Made by a program: the position numbers and the translations under genes. 64,000 bases of DNA from Carcharhinus amblyrhynchos (taxonomy: Eukaryota): assembly GCA_965287045.1 (NCBI GenBank), contig OZ336870.1, forward strand, positions 58,900,001 to 58,964,000, written 5' to 3'. This document shows, piece after piece, positions 12,569 through 25,000 of the stretch (positions are counted from its first letter, which is position 1; every line of letters starts with the position of its first letter). The notes under the pieces were generated by a model. That model ran no database searches. It saw nothing but the letters and a program-made list of their open reading frames with translations, and was not told the origin of the DNA.

Positions 12569-13293
12569 GGGCTCGATTTTACCATTGCATTGTGTCCTTT
12601 CTCAGGCATGAAAACGAGGTAAAGTCAGGTGTGAGGCGAGTAGAGCGACCCTGGTAGAGGTTCCCCCTTTACCAAGGCATGGAAATGGCTGCAATCTTGA
12701 CCACGCCCAAATCAAGCGCGATAGCCATTTAAATGCAACTGCATGCATTTAAATTGACTTAATGGTCTGCATGCCCAACTGTACCACACTTCCCCTTTTA
12801 CCACCAGAATCGGTGCAGAACAGCCATGCTCCATATAAGTCCGATTCAGGCGCTCCATCAGTGAGAGTTACTGAGGGGGTAAGTAGGGGGGATGGGGGAG
12901 GGAGGGTCACTTTGCTAGAGATCAGTGAGGGTTTCTGCAACCCTGCTTGACATCAGTGCGGGTAGAGGGAGGCAGGGTATCTGCTGTGACTCTGCCTGAG
13001 ATCGGTTTGGGGGGGGGGGCCATGATCGGTCATGGTGCCGAAGGGGGTGGGGGAATAAGGTGGTCAGTAACATTGTGGGTGGGGCAATGTTTGTGGGGGT
13101 CAGTTGTAGGTGCCAATTGGAGCTGCAGGGTTTCGGATGCATTTAGCCCCGCCCACAGGTTTGTACAGTGCAATTCGGACTCACTGATATTTCTGCAGGC
13201 AGAGTGCAGAGAACAGTTCTAAAAGTCGGATCTGAAACATTCCCAGTTTCAAGTCCACCTCGTACTTAGAATCAAAATGGTAAAATAGGGCCC
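12569..13293. mobile_element. Non-autonomous PIF/Harbinger-like DNA transposon
   Basis: TIRs gggctcgattttaccatt / aatggtaaaatagggccc; 3-bp TSD aca; G-rich interior. Confidence 0.8.
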
Positions 13294-14103
13294 ACAGTGT
13301 TTTCCCAGAAATACCGACACTCCCAATGCTCAGTTCTGCTCAGAAAATCTGACTCTCAGTTTTCCTATAAAATCTTTCATTCACATTTATCCTAGAAATC
13401 CTGACAGAAACCGTTTTCCCAGAAATCTTGATGTACACTAATTTCCCAGAAATCCTGACCTCCACTGTTATTGAGAAATACCAACACTCACTATTATACA
13501 ATAGTTTACACTCACTCTTATCCTGTAACCGTAAAATTTGTTCTTTTCCCCCAAGAATACCAACATTCACTATTATCCGGAAGTACTGACATTCACTCTT
13601 CTCCTAGGAATCATGTCACACTGTTTTCCCAGAAAAAGGACATTCACAGGTGTCAGGAAATCCTCACAATCACTATTTTCCCACAAACCCTGACACTCAC
13701 CGATATCCAGACATGCAGATTCTCTCTGTTTTCCCAGAACTACCAACACTTTATATTATCCTGAAGTCCTAACACTGAAATGCTTGGTATACTGATACTC
13801 ACCCATGTCCAGAAATCTGACACTCACTGGTATTCAGAAAACCTCACACTCACGTTATCCAGAAATACGGGCCTTCATTGTTTTCCCAGAAATTCTAACA
13901 CTCACTGTTTTCCCAGAATACCAACATTCACGGTTATCCGACACTAGCTATTATTCCAAATAACTAAAACTCATTGTTACGCAGTAATGCAGACATTTAC
14001 TCTAATCCCATAGAATAGCAACATCCACTCTCTTCTCAGGAATTCTGATACACACAGTTTTCCCAGAAATAGGGACACTATTATCCAGAAATCTTGACAT
14101 TCA

Positions 14104-15134
14104 AGGCCCGATTTTACCAATTGGAGGCTAAGGGCCGGATCAGGATGTGAAACGGATCTGAGCCCGGAATCCTCATTCCAGCGTGCCCATACGCTTTTTT
14201 GCCGGCTCCGATCCGATCTGCGCTATGGGCAGAGCTTAGCGCTGCCGGAACGATTGGAGCTCTGAACTACACATGTGCAGTTCGAAAAAAATCTGAAACC
14301 GCGTGCCTGGGTGCGAAAGACATAAACAGCAGAGAGAGCCGGGGTGTTGGGGGGTGGCGGGGGGTTTGGGGGTTGTGGGGGGGGTGGTCGTTGTTGGTGG
14401 TGATGGAGGAGGAGGTGTGGAGGATGGACTTGGGAGAATCTCCACCACACTCCCCGCAACCAGAGATCCATCTAAGCCTGCCCCCCCTCCTCCGGCAGAT
14501 GCCAGCAGAAGGCCAGGAAGGTGTCCAACGAATGCAGGTCAGAAGGATGATGGAGGGAGAGCAGCAATCGAGGTAGGTTGGGGGTGTGCTCTGCCAAGGG
14601 GAAGCTGCCTCCTGGGGGGGGGGGGGTCCTAATTGCTGTGGGGGGGAGGCTTCCTCCCAAGGGGGTCCTATGCAGGGGTGGGAGGGGGGCTGCTGGGGGG
14701 CCTGCCTCCCGTGGGAAGGAGGGGGGTCAGATCGCAGGGGGGTGCGAGTCTGCAGGGGTGGTTAGCGGGGGTCTGTGAAGGGTGTTCAATGAGGATGGGC
14801 TTTGGAGATTCCCCTGCAGAATTGGAATCCGCTTCGGATTTTTAATCTGCAGGTTGATAACAGCGCAGATCCGGAACGGACCTGAAGACGGTAAAGTGGG
14901 ATTTGGCGGTAGAGTTGGGCGCGCAGTTCATTAAATCGATTTAAATGCATGCTAACGCATTTAAATCGTCGGGCCACCCGATTGGAGCATGGACCGGATC
15001 CGCGCCCAAATCAGGTGTTGGTAAAGGCGCGATCTGCTCGGATTTGAGTGCAGATCGTGTTACAGGTCTGACGCCCGAATTTACCGCGATTTCACATCTG
15101 AAAACAGGCGCAAATTTTTGGTAAAATCGGGTTC
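14104..15134. mobile_element. Non-autonomous PIF/Harbinger-like DNA transposon, related to 12569-13293 in opposite orientation
   Basis: TIRs aggcccgattttaccaa / ttggtaaaatcgggttc; 3-bp TSD tca; CpG- and G-run-rich; shares the atttaaatgca..gcatttaaat palindrome. Confidence 0.82.
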
Positions 15135-15561
15135 TCACTATTTTCCCAGAAATGCAGGCATATTCCACAAATAACATCATTCACTCTTCCTCCAAAAGTG
15201 TCAGTTACCCAAGAAACACCAGTGCTCAATATTATCCCAGAAATTCCAAAACTCTTCGTTATCCAGACTCAATGTTACACAAGAATAATCATATTCACTT
15301 TTATCTGGGCTTGTTCTCTATGATAAATCTATGGATCAGTAATAAATTTACATGCATATTAGAAAGGTTTCTTTCAGCTAATTTGCAGTATGATATACAT
15401 ACATATAACTTGAGTGTAACATACTTAGAATGAACAGCTGATTTTGGACCCAAGTTTTTCAAGGATTTTCTCCACTGTTGTTTTCTTCACCCATATCTGG
15501 ATATGTCGCAAAAATTGATTAATATGTTTAGTCAACCATTCCCTCATCCTCCCATCATCTA

Positions 15562-15860
15562 GGAGGATGCAGTGGTGTTGTGATATTGTCACTAGATAGT
15601 AATCCTGAGCAAGATCTGGGGACTAGGTTCAAATGGCACATGGTGAAATTTGAATTCAATTAAAAGTCTAAGGTTGTTTTGTGTCATTAAACAAAGCCCA
15701 TCTGGTTCACCATTGTCCTTCAGGGAAGGAAATCTGCCATCCTCAATCTGATTTGACCTACATTTGACTCCAGATCCACAGCAATGTGATGGACTCTGAA
15801 ACACCCTCTGAACTGGAGGACAGGCCCAAACAGCGACATCCATAAAAATGTATAAAAACA
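15562..15860 (+). mobile_element. tRNA-derived SINE (family of 62369-62720)
   Basis: ccatctggttcac...cagggaaggaaatctgcc...tgactccagatccacagcaatgtg core shared with 62369-62720. Confidence 0.75.
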
Positions 15861-16343
15861 AAATGCAACTATCAGGATGATAGAAGGTGAAGAAACCCCT
15901 TTGTCCTCTTATCATCTAGCAATTCCTATGTTCCTAAAAAAAAAATGAATTTGACAAATAATTAAATAACCACAATTATTCCATTTTCTTTTTCATAGAA
16001 TCCCTACAGTGGAGAAGGAAGCCGTTTAGCCTATCAAGTCTGCACCAACCCTCTGAAAGAGCATCTTACCCAGGCCCAGCCCACCTCAAGCATTTGCTTG
16101 AGTATTGCTGCCTGATATAAAGATAATGGGGAAAGAAAATAAATAAAAAGTCACTTTTAATTCCAATAATATTTCTGCTTATTTCTGCGAATCTGTTGAC
16201 ACAAAAGTAAATTTAGTAAAAATGAAACATCTCAACATTGTCATGCCTTGATTACAGAGTGAAAAATTAACCATTGGGCACAACCAGGAAGGTTGAAGTT
16301 GCACTCCCTGCAATGATAGTTATATTATTGTACAAAAACATGA

Positions 16344-16812
16344 GAACAACAAAGAACAAAGAACAACCCAGCACGGGAAACAGGCCCTTCGGCCCAACGA
16401 GCCCGCGCGGCCGCATCACCCTACACCTATTCTACCCTGCGTGTCTACGAATGGAACCCCTAACTTAGCCAGATTCAGGGGAGAGTAGTGTCAATTTAGT
16501 AAACCAATCAGCCTAAGAGCACATCTTTGGGGTGTGGGAGGAAACCGGAGCGCCCAGAGAAAACCCACGCAACCACAGGGAGAATGCACAAACTCCCACA
16601 GACACAGGCCCAAATCCATGTATCTGCACAGCCAGCAGTGCTAGTCACCGAGCTGTTGCGGCGCCCGTCTACCGGTCCAGGATCAAGCACACACACCGAC
16701 ACGAAGTACTAGGCCACTCCCGGAACCTCCAAGAGCAGCCCACGCACGACCCACCATGTGCATGCCCCTCGTTTGACAATGAGGTGGACCTCGTGAGGCA
16801 GCAGTTTGACTG
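16344..16812 (-). mobile_element. CpG-rich V-SINE variant with 5' extension
   Basis: Minus strand: ~145-nt GC-rich leader, degenerate tRNA head (16631-16666), V-domain gggcgctccggtttcctcccac, CR1-type tail gggccgaagggcctgtttc...(ttctttg)n. Confidence 0.7.
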
Positions 16813-17088
16813 AAATCTTTTAGAAATGTGCTAATGTCTTGAGAATTACAGTAAAACGCAGTGTGTGCTGGATTGTACCTTTTTATCTGATTTGATACAA
16901 TTAAAGCAAAAGTATATTTCAAATTCCAGGTGAACACCCAGAATTTTGCATCGTGGCAGCGTATGGGAGATTTAAAAATTCAAATTTTACTTATGGAGGC
17001 ATCACAAAGAGAAATGATCTTAAGCTATTTTCAATTACTATCACGGTCATACAATCTTAATTTAAACCCATAGCTTTGCTGACATAAT

Positions 17089-17215
17089 GGCCAGAATTTT
17101 GCCATCTCGCCCACCAAGGAAATCGGAGCGGGCGAGGGGCAGACCATGGAAAGGTCTGTTGACCTCAGGTGGGACTTTACGCTTTTGGGATGAGCGAGGC
17201 CAGAAAACTCTGCCC
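17089..17215. mobile_element. Small Harbinger-like MITE
   Basis: Imperfect TIRs ggccagaattttgc / gaaaactctgccc; 3-bp TSD aat. Confidence 0.6.
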
Positions 17216-17739
17216 AATGTATACCGTAAAGCTTTACATTAGAAACAAAATGGACTGTATCAAAAGGACTCAATTTATAAGCAATAGTTATGAATTATGT
17301 TAATTGCTTGGTTTGTGTTTTAGTTATTGTCCCACCCAAATTTGGCCCACACTTTGGATGAGATTTGATTACAATAATGCTTGAACTTATTTATGAAAAT
17401 ATTTTGCCATAAAATTACAGTAAAATGAATTGTAAACTGACAATTAATTCATAACAGTCTAGCCATGATTCTCCCTCTGGTTATATTTTCTCCCTAGGGG
17501 ATATGCCCAGATATTTTATCATATTATTCACAAGCTACCCTCCCACCTCCATGAAAACTCCATCTTATAGGACTACTGTAATTCCCACTGATAAGGAATT
17601 AGGGGTCCGTAGCATAAGCATGCTATATTGAACCAATATGTCTCATTGGGCTATGTGGATACAAATTGCCTCCTTCTTATTTAAATTACACTGCAGATAA
17701 TTATGAAAGAGATATTAACCTGTTTATTTTAAATAGATT

Positions 17740-19820
17740 GCAACCAATGGAATAAAAGAGGAAGCGACAGGATGGATATTGATTTAGGTGAATGACAGGT
17801 AACAGAGAGTAATGAACACTTGTTTTTCAGACTGGACGAAGTTATATGGCAGTTTTTCCTGGGAATCAGTACTGGGGCCTTGCTTTTCTTGACATATATA
17901 ATCAACCTAGACTTGCCTGTCACAGAGCACAATAAAACTTGAAAGTATCTTGAATTATAAGGTTAGTGATAGGTGTCAAGAGGACCTAGGCTGTTGTGAT
18001 ATGACGTGATGATGTGCATACTTTTAAGGAGGTATCATTTCAGCTACTGCTGCCACTGAAACAGGATATAATGAATTAGTCCCATGAAAAGTAGTCAGTA
18101 GGTTATTATACTAGCGGTAAGCAGCAGTGGTTGACGTCAGACCTGTGCCTCATGGCCTCCCAGTGAACATTATATGCATATAGTTTTATCTTCAAATGAA
18201 GAACATCACATTATTCCTTCACCAATCCTTGTGTATGACTACTATGTTTAGGCTAAAGAAGAATGTAGCACAGGCTGGTGGAATGGATGGACACACAATA
18301 GAGAAGTGTGAGGTGATACTTTTTAGTAGGAGGAGAGGGAAAGAAAGACTTGCAATTATTTTGGCTTTCCATGTCCAGCTGGACATTTCAAAGCAATTTG
18401 CAGCCAATGGAATAATACCGGATTGTAGTCACATTTATAACATAGGAAGCACAGCAGCCAATTAATTCATTGCAAACTCTCACAGATTGTAATGTAAGTA
18501 GATAATCAATTTTGGATGTTGTTGATAGAGAAATAGATATTCATCATGATAGGGAATAACTGGCCTCCTCTTCTTTGAAATAGCTTCAGGGGATTTTTTT
18601 ACACCACCTGAGAGGGCAACTGAGGCCTCACGTCAATGCCTGACTGACCACAGCGCAACAGTTCTGCAGTGTAAAACTAGATTGTTAAGTTTGAGAGGCT
18701 GTAACTACCAAGTTTCCTAGCATTGTATTGGTTCGGCAAGACATAGGAGGGTAACTATTGCACAGATTCACACCCATAAACCCCCAGCAGACTCATCTAT
18801 TCCCTCACCAGAGCTCCCCAACCCACCAGACCCTGCAGGAGTCTACCTTCCCATTCTCCTGATTCACTCCTTGACCCCAATGTGGAGATTATCTGCCGCC
18901 CCTATCCATAAAACCCTGCATCTACCTGCCCTGACTCTCCCCCAACCCCCTCCCCAACCCTCCACCCCCATCCCCCTGTCTCCACTACCAGGCTGCAATC
19001 CCTCTCAGCCCACAACTTTCCCACCACTCCAAAATCTTATACTGGGCCCCAGGATTGCTTTGAACTACCCAGTTCTTGCCTGGAAGGTTAGGTGAGACAG
19101 GATTTTGGATGAGTAACTGGAAGTAGGATGGGTAATCCAATGCTAATTGTCCCTCCAAGGAAGTTCAGACCCATTTCCCTCATGCTAGCAGGATCTTCCA
19201 ACCCTGCCTAAGTCAATGGAAATTTGAATGGCCGACTTATCTGCCAACAGGAAACCCATTGCAGGAGGACTGGAAAATCCTGACCATATAGTACAAAAGT
19301 AAGGAATTTATGAACTGTTTAACTTCAAATGGAGTATTGTGTCAAATTCTGGGCATTGCACTTTGTGATGGATACGAAGATTTAGAGAGAGTGCAAAAAT
19401 AATTATGAGAGTGGTTCCAGGAATTTGGGATTTCAGGTATTGGATAGCTTCGAGGATCTGGGGTTTTCTTTGAAGAAGAGAAAGTTGAGAGGAGATTTGA
19501 TACGGGTATTCAAACTCATGAGAGATTGAGAGGAGCTTTTCCCTTTGGCAGAATCTAACATCAAAGGTTTAAAGTGATTGGCAAAGAGACTAAAGGTAAC
19601 ATACGGTAAAGTTGTTTTATGCAGTGAGTGATTAGGGTCTGGAAAGCACTGGAGGCAGATTCAATCGCTGCCTTTAAAAAGGAATTAGAAAATCACATGA
19701 AGGAGAAAAGTTTCCAGGCTACAGGGAAAGGATGTGAATGTAGGACTAGCAGTGAGCTGGCCCAGACTTAATGGGCCAAATAGCTTTGTCCTGTGCTGTA
19801 ACCATGCTGGGATTTTATGA
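17740..19820 (+). mobile_element. Old fragmented CR1 LINE
   Basis: CR1-like pieces at ~17740-17990, 18270-18335 (EKCEVILF) and 19285-19820, interrupted by a Deu-SINE and a MITE-like piece (~19185-19285). Confidence 0.65.
18343..18690 (-). mobile_element. Deu-domain SINE (SacSINE1-like)
   Basis: Reverse complement contains ccctctcaggtggtgtaaaaaatcccctgaagctatttcaaagaagag...aattggctgctgtgcttcctatg. Confidence 0.7.
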
Positions 19821-20680
19821 ATGTACTAAAATGAGACAGAATGAGGAATCTTTCTGAATGTATCAAGTTTTCATATTCCAGTGCTCCTTTGATGGGGGAT
19901 AGTCTAGAATTCTTAGTATGAGGCCCTTCATTTTTGTTTTACTATAAGATGTAGACTACGTTAAGGTAATTATAAAGTGCCTTATATATAGTGAGAGTTC
20001 ACAACGTGCCTGAAACAAAATATGCAAAGGTATTATAAACTGCAAAGCTGTGCTTTCAATGCACTGTGTGCCTTGGCTAACTTCATTCTGAATGCAGCAT
20101 AATGGGGAACAAAGTGGTAGACAGGTCAAATTCTTTTAATACAATGAAGCACAGAAAGGCAGTTTCTGTTATCTGTTTCTGGATACACGAAAATAAATTT
20201 AAATCATAGGCCTGCTAATTAAGGGAATAAATTCATTCATGGGTAGCGAGGCTAGAGCAGCTTCTCAAGCTGATAAAGGAGGCCCCGGTTCCAGTGAAAG
20301 AATAACTCCTTTCATCAATTAAAATTTGCAGGTGTCAGATATAGCCTTGGTTACTGGTAATGACGTGGGTTCGGTTTCCTAGGTAAAGAGGAAGGAACCT
20401 ACATGGGTAATAAGCTAATAATCTCCTATTCCTGTTGACAGGTGGAACGTTTTACAAGAATCGTGTTAAGGAGTCCCCAGATACTGTATCTGCCACACAG
20501 CTCAGCCTCCCCACCTGACGGCCCCCACCCCCAGTTGGAACATGGGAAATAAGAAGTAGGGACAAACTGATGGTTAGATTTTTTTAATAGAAATCTACTC
20601 GGGCAAGACTCGGGCAAATAAAACAGGGCATGCTTGAGCAATGCTTCGATTGTTTGCTGCACTTAGAAGAATTGTGAAAA

Positions 20681-20963
20681 TGTAGGCAAAAGCCTTTGCT
20701 GCAAGGTTCAGCCTTTGATCTTGCGATGACCTCTATGACTCGCAAGGGGGAATCACTGATTGATATCCCTGTTGGATTTGTCGAATTCCCTGGGGATTGG
20801 TAATGAACTCACCAGGTGGAGCTCATATATTGAGCCATATATAAAGCAGGCCCCTGAGTGGGTTCATTATTCCATTGTCCCGGTTGACTTTTGCTTTATC
20901 TTGTGCAATAAAGCACTGTTCCTTTAAACCCAACTCCTGGAGTTATTAGAGAACTCATGAGAC
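20681..20963 (+). mobile_element. Possible solo LTR
   Basis: TG...CA ends, tatataaag followed by aataaa in LTR-like order; no TSD found, 5' boundary uncertain. Confidence 0.35.
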
Positions 20964-20964
20964 A

Positions 20965-21410
20965 AAGGTTTGTGGCAAGATGGTCAACTCTATGACAAAG
21001 GTTGCTCGGTGTGTCTCAGGTACCCCACCCCGGCATGGCAGCCATGCTGCTTTTGCTCTGAGCAAAGACGTTAGAATGAGAAGGTGAATGACTTGTTGAC
21101 CTTTGTTTTCCCTGGCCCCTCTTTTTGGCTAACTGATCTTTTCATCTTTGCTTGCCTCTTCCATCAGCTTTTCAAACCATCGTTGACTGTCTCCCGGTTT
21201 TCACTGTTAATGCTCGCCATCTTCATATATTATTTGCTTGAAGTGGAGGCATGGAGATTGTGACCCCATGGCAAGTTCACCATATAGAAGGCCTTTGGGT
21301 TTATGGCTGTTATCCATCTGGTGAAGGTGGCCAAGGCAGCACAGATGACATTGCTTTATCGGTGTGCGAGATAGAAACTCAAGTTCAGAGGTGATTACTG
21401 AAGGTACAGC
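20965..21410 (-). mobile_element. RTE LINE 3' fragment
   Basis: LGHLHQMDNSHKPKGLLYGELAMGS resembles the RTE motif LGHVxRMxxxRxPKxxLYGEL. Confidence 0.8.
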
Positions 21411-23624
21411 ATCAGTCAATCATCATAATGAAATTCATTTCAATCCTCAAATGACCATACCATTAAGTTTTCCTTCTGTCAGCTCCAAAAACAATTTGCC
21501 TATCACAGCGACTACATGGGATAGATCCCCAACCAATATTTGGCATAGGAGTTAAAGTAAGCTGGAGTAGTCTGACACTTCCTCCTGGTTCTTCTAATTT
21601 AACCCTGTTTGACAACTACAGATCTATTTTTGTGCTTTAAAAGCCAGAAACTTGTCTTTACTCATTAATACTAAGGGGAAAGGAGTATTGGAAACAACCC
21701 GTACCCATGCATTGAGACATGGGAATTCAAGAGTGAAAAAGTCAGCACAGGACTCCATGCCATGAATTTTGTTTTTTTAACATTTTCTTTCATGCATTTT
21801 CAATGTTTTAGAAGCCACCAATGAACACAGATATTGGAATTTTTAACCAAGGCACTTTTAGTCTTTTTTTCATTTGTCATTGAACATTTGGCATTTGGAA
21901 GTTAATTATTTAATTTGCTGTTTCAAAACTTATTCCCAGTATCAGGGGGTAAAGGAAAATAGCTTTTTTAAAAAATTATTAGACAGCTAAATAACAAGTA
22001 GGAACATCAATTCAATCTTTCTGACCATATGAGCTGGGGTTCGATGCAGTAGGTGTATTATTATTCCAAATGTTCTCCCCATCTCTACAATTACTGGTGA
22101 AATAACACAAGGGAGGCCCACAGTCATACTCTCCTGGAACACTTAGCAGTAATGCATCAGAAATGATGCAAACAAGCTAATTTAAGATCTTCCTACACAT
22201 CCCAACCAATGGACCTTTAAACGAAAATTGTTTGACATTCGGAGTTTTGACTATCACTTTTTTTCAAATTACCTCAGTTGTTACTCTCCCTCTCTAACCC
22301 CCGCCTACATGATACAGATGCATGCCACTCCTTATGCACCATTTCTCAGAGATACTTCCAAGCCTTTTAAATATGTTCAGTCTGTATGGAGACTACAGTC
22401 AATTCCACAGTCAGATCAAAAAGAATGGTATGTGCTCCCGTGCAATGGTAAAGCTCACACGCATACTCGTTTCAGTGAAATGCCAGCCCAGTCCTGTTAG
22501 ACACCACATATTTAAAATACATTTCTTCCACAGTATTTTTCTGAAGTGCAAACTATGTTGAGTTTTCAGAAATGCAGCAGTATTTAAAAGGTTTGAAGCC
22601 TGAAAGAGAGACAGCTAACTTATCAGATGGCACATTTGAAAGAGTTTGAGGGCTGGGTAGCCCCAGCAGCAATGACAGCTTGGAGGTTTTATTTTAGAGA
22701 AGGTGGCCCTTAAGAAAATATCAGATTTTAGTACAAATGGTAATCCTCCAAATTGAGTCAGTCACAACAAACATGGTAGAAGTTGACCCATTGTGTGAAT
22801 GCTGTACCATTGGAATAGAAACAAAAGGCTTGGCTGAAAAAGGAAATAAATAGTTTGATAAGTTTGGGCTCTTTTTTTTGCTCATTCACTTTAGCAGTTT
22901 CACAATTTAAGCATGTTTAGCACAGTTCATAAAACATTTGCACCCCCTTGTTTTGCAAATCAAGAGCTGCCAACCTGGATAATTTTTGCTACTGTCTATG
23001 CACTTTATCATCTCCCTAATCAGGACCTTTGTGCATTGTGATTTGAAGCACTGAGTACCATTCCAGTCCAAGGACTATAAAACACTGGTTGCATTTGAGA
23101 AGTGTAAATGCACAATGACAGCATTCAGCTCATTGACTTTCAGATGCACAAGGACATTGTTAATGTACAGCAGTACTTTATGGCAGTGATATTTGAGTTT
23201 TCTACTGAATGATCAGATTCATTCAGTGCTTCAGTTTTTGTTGTTTTTCTGTACATTAGCAGCAACATTCTTAATTTTTTTAAATTTACAGCTTTGCCAC
23301 TTAAATTGGATTGGTTCCTTTTTTCCAGGCTGTGGCAGAACAAATTTGTTTAGTACTAACATAGGTAGAACCATCTGTGGTCAGTGCTTTATTGCCAGAG
23401 CTGATCTAAAAGTTCAATTTCACCAATGCTACAAATTCCTTAGATTGTATCCCTGTGTAAGAGATTGAGGAACATCCAGCAGCCATGCACTAGTTACATA
23501 AATGTTAACCCCATCCTTTGCACTGATAACTACTGTAAACTTTAAATTGTGAAAGAGCAAGAAAAAATGTCCAAAACTGCGTGCCATGGACTTAATCAAA
23601 CTATTTATTTCTATTTCTTTCAGA

Positions 23625-24095
23625 ACATAAGAACATAAGAAATAGGAGCAGGAGTAGGTCATCTAGCCCTTCGAGCCTGCCCCGCCATTCAATAAGATCA
23701 TGGCTGATCTGTCGTGGCTCAGTTCCACATTCCCGCCCTCTCCCCATAACCCTTAATCCCCTCTCTTATCAAAAACCCATCAACCCGCGTCTTAAAAATA
23801 CTTAGCGAGGCAGCCTCCACCACTTCAACGGGCAGAGAATTCCAGAGATTCACCACCCTTTGAGTGAAGAAGTTCCTCCTCAACTCCGTTCTAAACCGCC
23901 CCCCCTTTATCTTGAGGCTGTGCCCCCTAGTCCTACTATCCTTTCTGAGCGGGAAGAGTCTCTCCACCTCTATCCTATCCATCCCATTCATCATCTTATA
24001 CGTCTCAATGAGATCCCTCCTCATTCTTCTAAACTCTAACGAGTACAAGCCTAATTTATTCAGCCTCTCCTCATAGCTCAACCCCCTCAACTCAG
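23625..24095 (-). mobile_element. Young 5'-truncated CR1 LINE
   Basis: Open ORF LSYEERLNKLGLYSLEFRRMR...FFTQRVVNLWNSLP; (ttcttatg)n tail; CpGs retained. Confidence 0.95.
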
Positions 24096-24484
24096 CCAAG
24101 CCTTCTGTTTCTATTTCAACAGCATTATTAAACTTGCTCTCTTTCTCCAACTCAAAGCTAAACTTTCTCCAGCTTCCTTTCATATTAATATGCATGCCCC
24201 CCATTTATTTAGATAATCTACGTTAAAAGTGACAAACTGTTCTACATTTCCTTTCATTGGCTGAAGCCATAAAAAAATTGTTGCTGGGTAAAGCACTTTC
24301 CTGGGGACCTCGATCCTTATAAGGATATACGGTGACCTCTATCCAGCAGGCCTCTGCTTCCCCTGGACCAACAATGCCATCGACACTTGATCACACATGC
24401 ACCACCAAGGTCACCCTTCTCATCCTAACTTTTGAAATCTCAGATGTTTATAGCCATGCTTTGTGGTGAGTGAGAAATTAAGTT

Positions 24485-25000
24485 TAAGTTTGTTTATTAG
24501 TTTTACACATTGGCTTACATTAACACTGCAACAAAGTTACTGTGAAAATCAACCGACTCAGGAACAGCTTCTTCCCTGCTGCCATCAAAACTTTTGAATG
24601 GATCTACCTCACACTAAGTTGATCTTTCTCTACATCCTAGTTATGACTGTAACACTACTTTCTGTACTCTCTCCTTTCCTTCTCTATGAATGGTATGCTT
24701 TGTCCGTATAGCAATCAAGAAACAATACTTTTCACTGTATGCTAATATATGTGACAATAATAAATCAAATCAAATCCCATAGTCGCCACATTCGGGCGCT
24801 TGTTCAGGTTCAGTGAGGGAGAATTTAGCATGGTCAATGCACCTAACCGGCATGGCTTTCGGACAGTGGGAGGAAACCGGAGCACCTGGAGGAAACTCAT
24901 GAAGACACTGGGAGAATGTGCAGACTCTACACAGACAGCGATCCAAGACGGGAACAAACCCTGGTCCCTGGCAGTGTGAGGCAGCAGAAATGGTGTGCAC
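24485..25000 (-). mobile_element. V-SINE interrupted by a Rex1/Babar 3' end (+, ~24551-24775)
   Basis: SINE tail 24485-24550 and body 24776-25000 rejoin across the insert; aaatc repeated at both junctions. Confidence 0.85.

Larger units (their letters stand above)
8590..15275 (+). repeat. Degenerate ~26-27 bp minisatellite (ttWtcccagaaatcctgacactcactg) broken into blocks
   Basis: Blocks at ~8590-8788, 9881-10130, 12497-12568, 13294-14103 and 15135-15275, separated by insertions. Confidence 0.9.

Noticed and set aside
14199-14845. Overlapping Gly/Pro-rich ORFs
   Set aside because: G-run-rich interior of a non-autonomous transposon; no transposase motifs
8590-15275. CRISPR-like periodic repeats
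   Set aside because: Degenerate head-to-tail units without unique spacers, no cas genes, vertebrate context
16760-16812. HDV-like ribozyme in the SINE leader
   Set aside because: gtccacctc resembles HDV sequence superficially, but I could not build the nested double pseudoknot by eye
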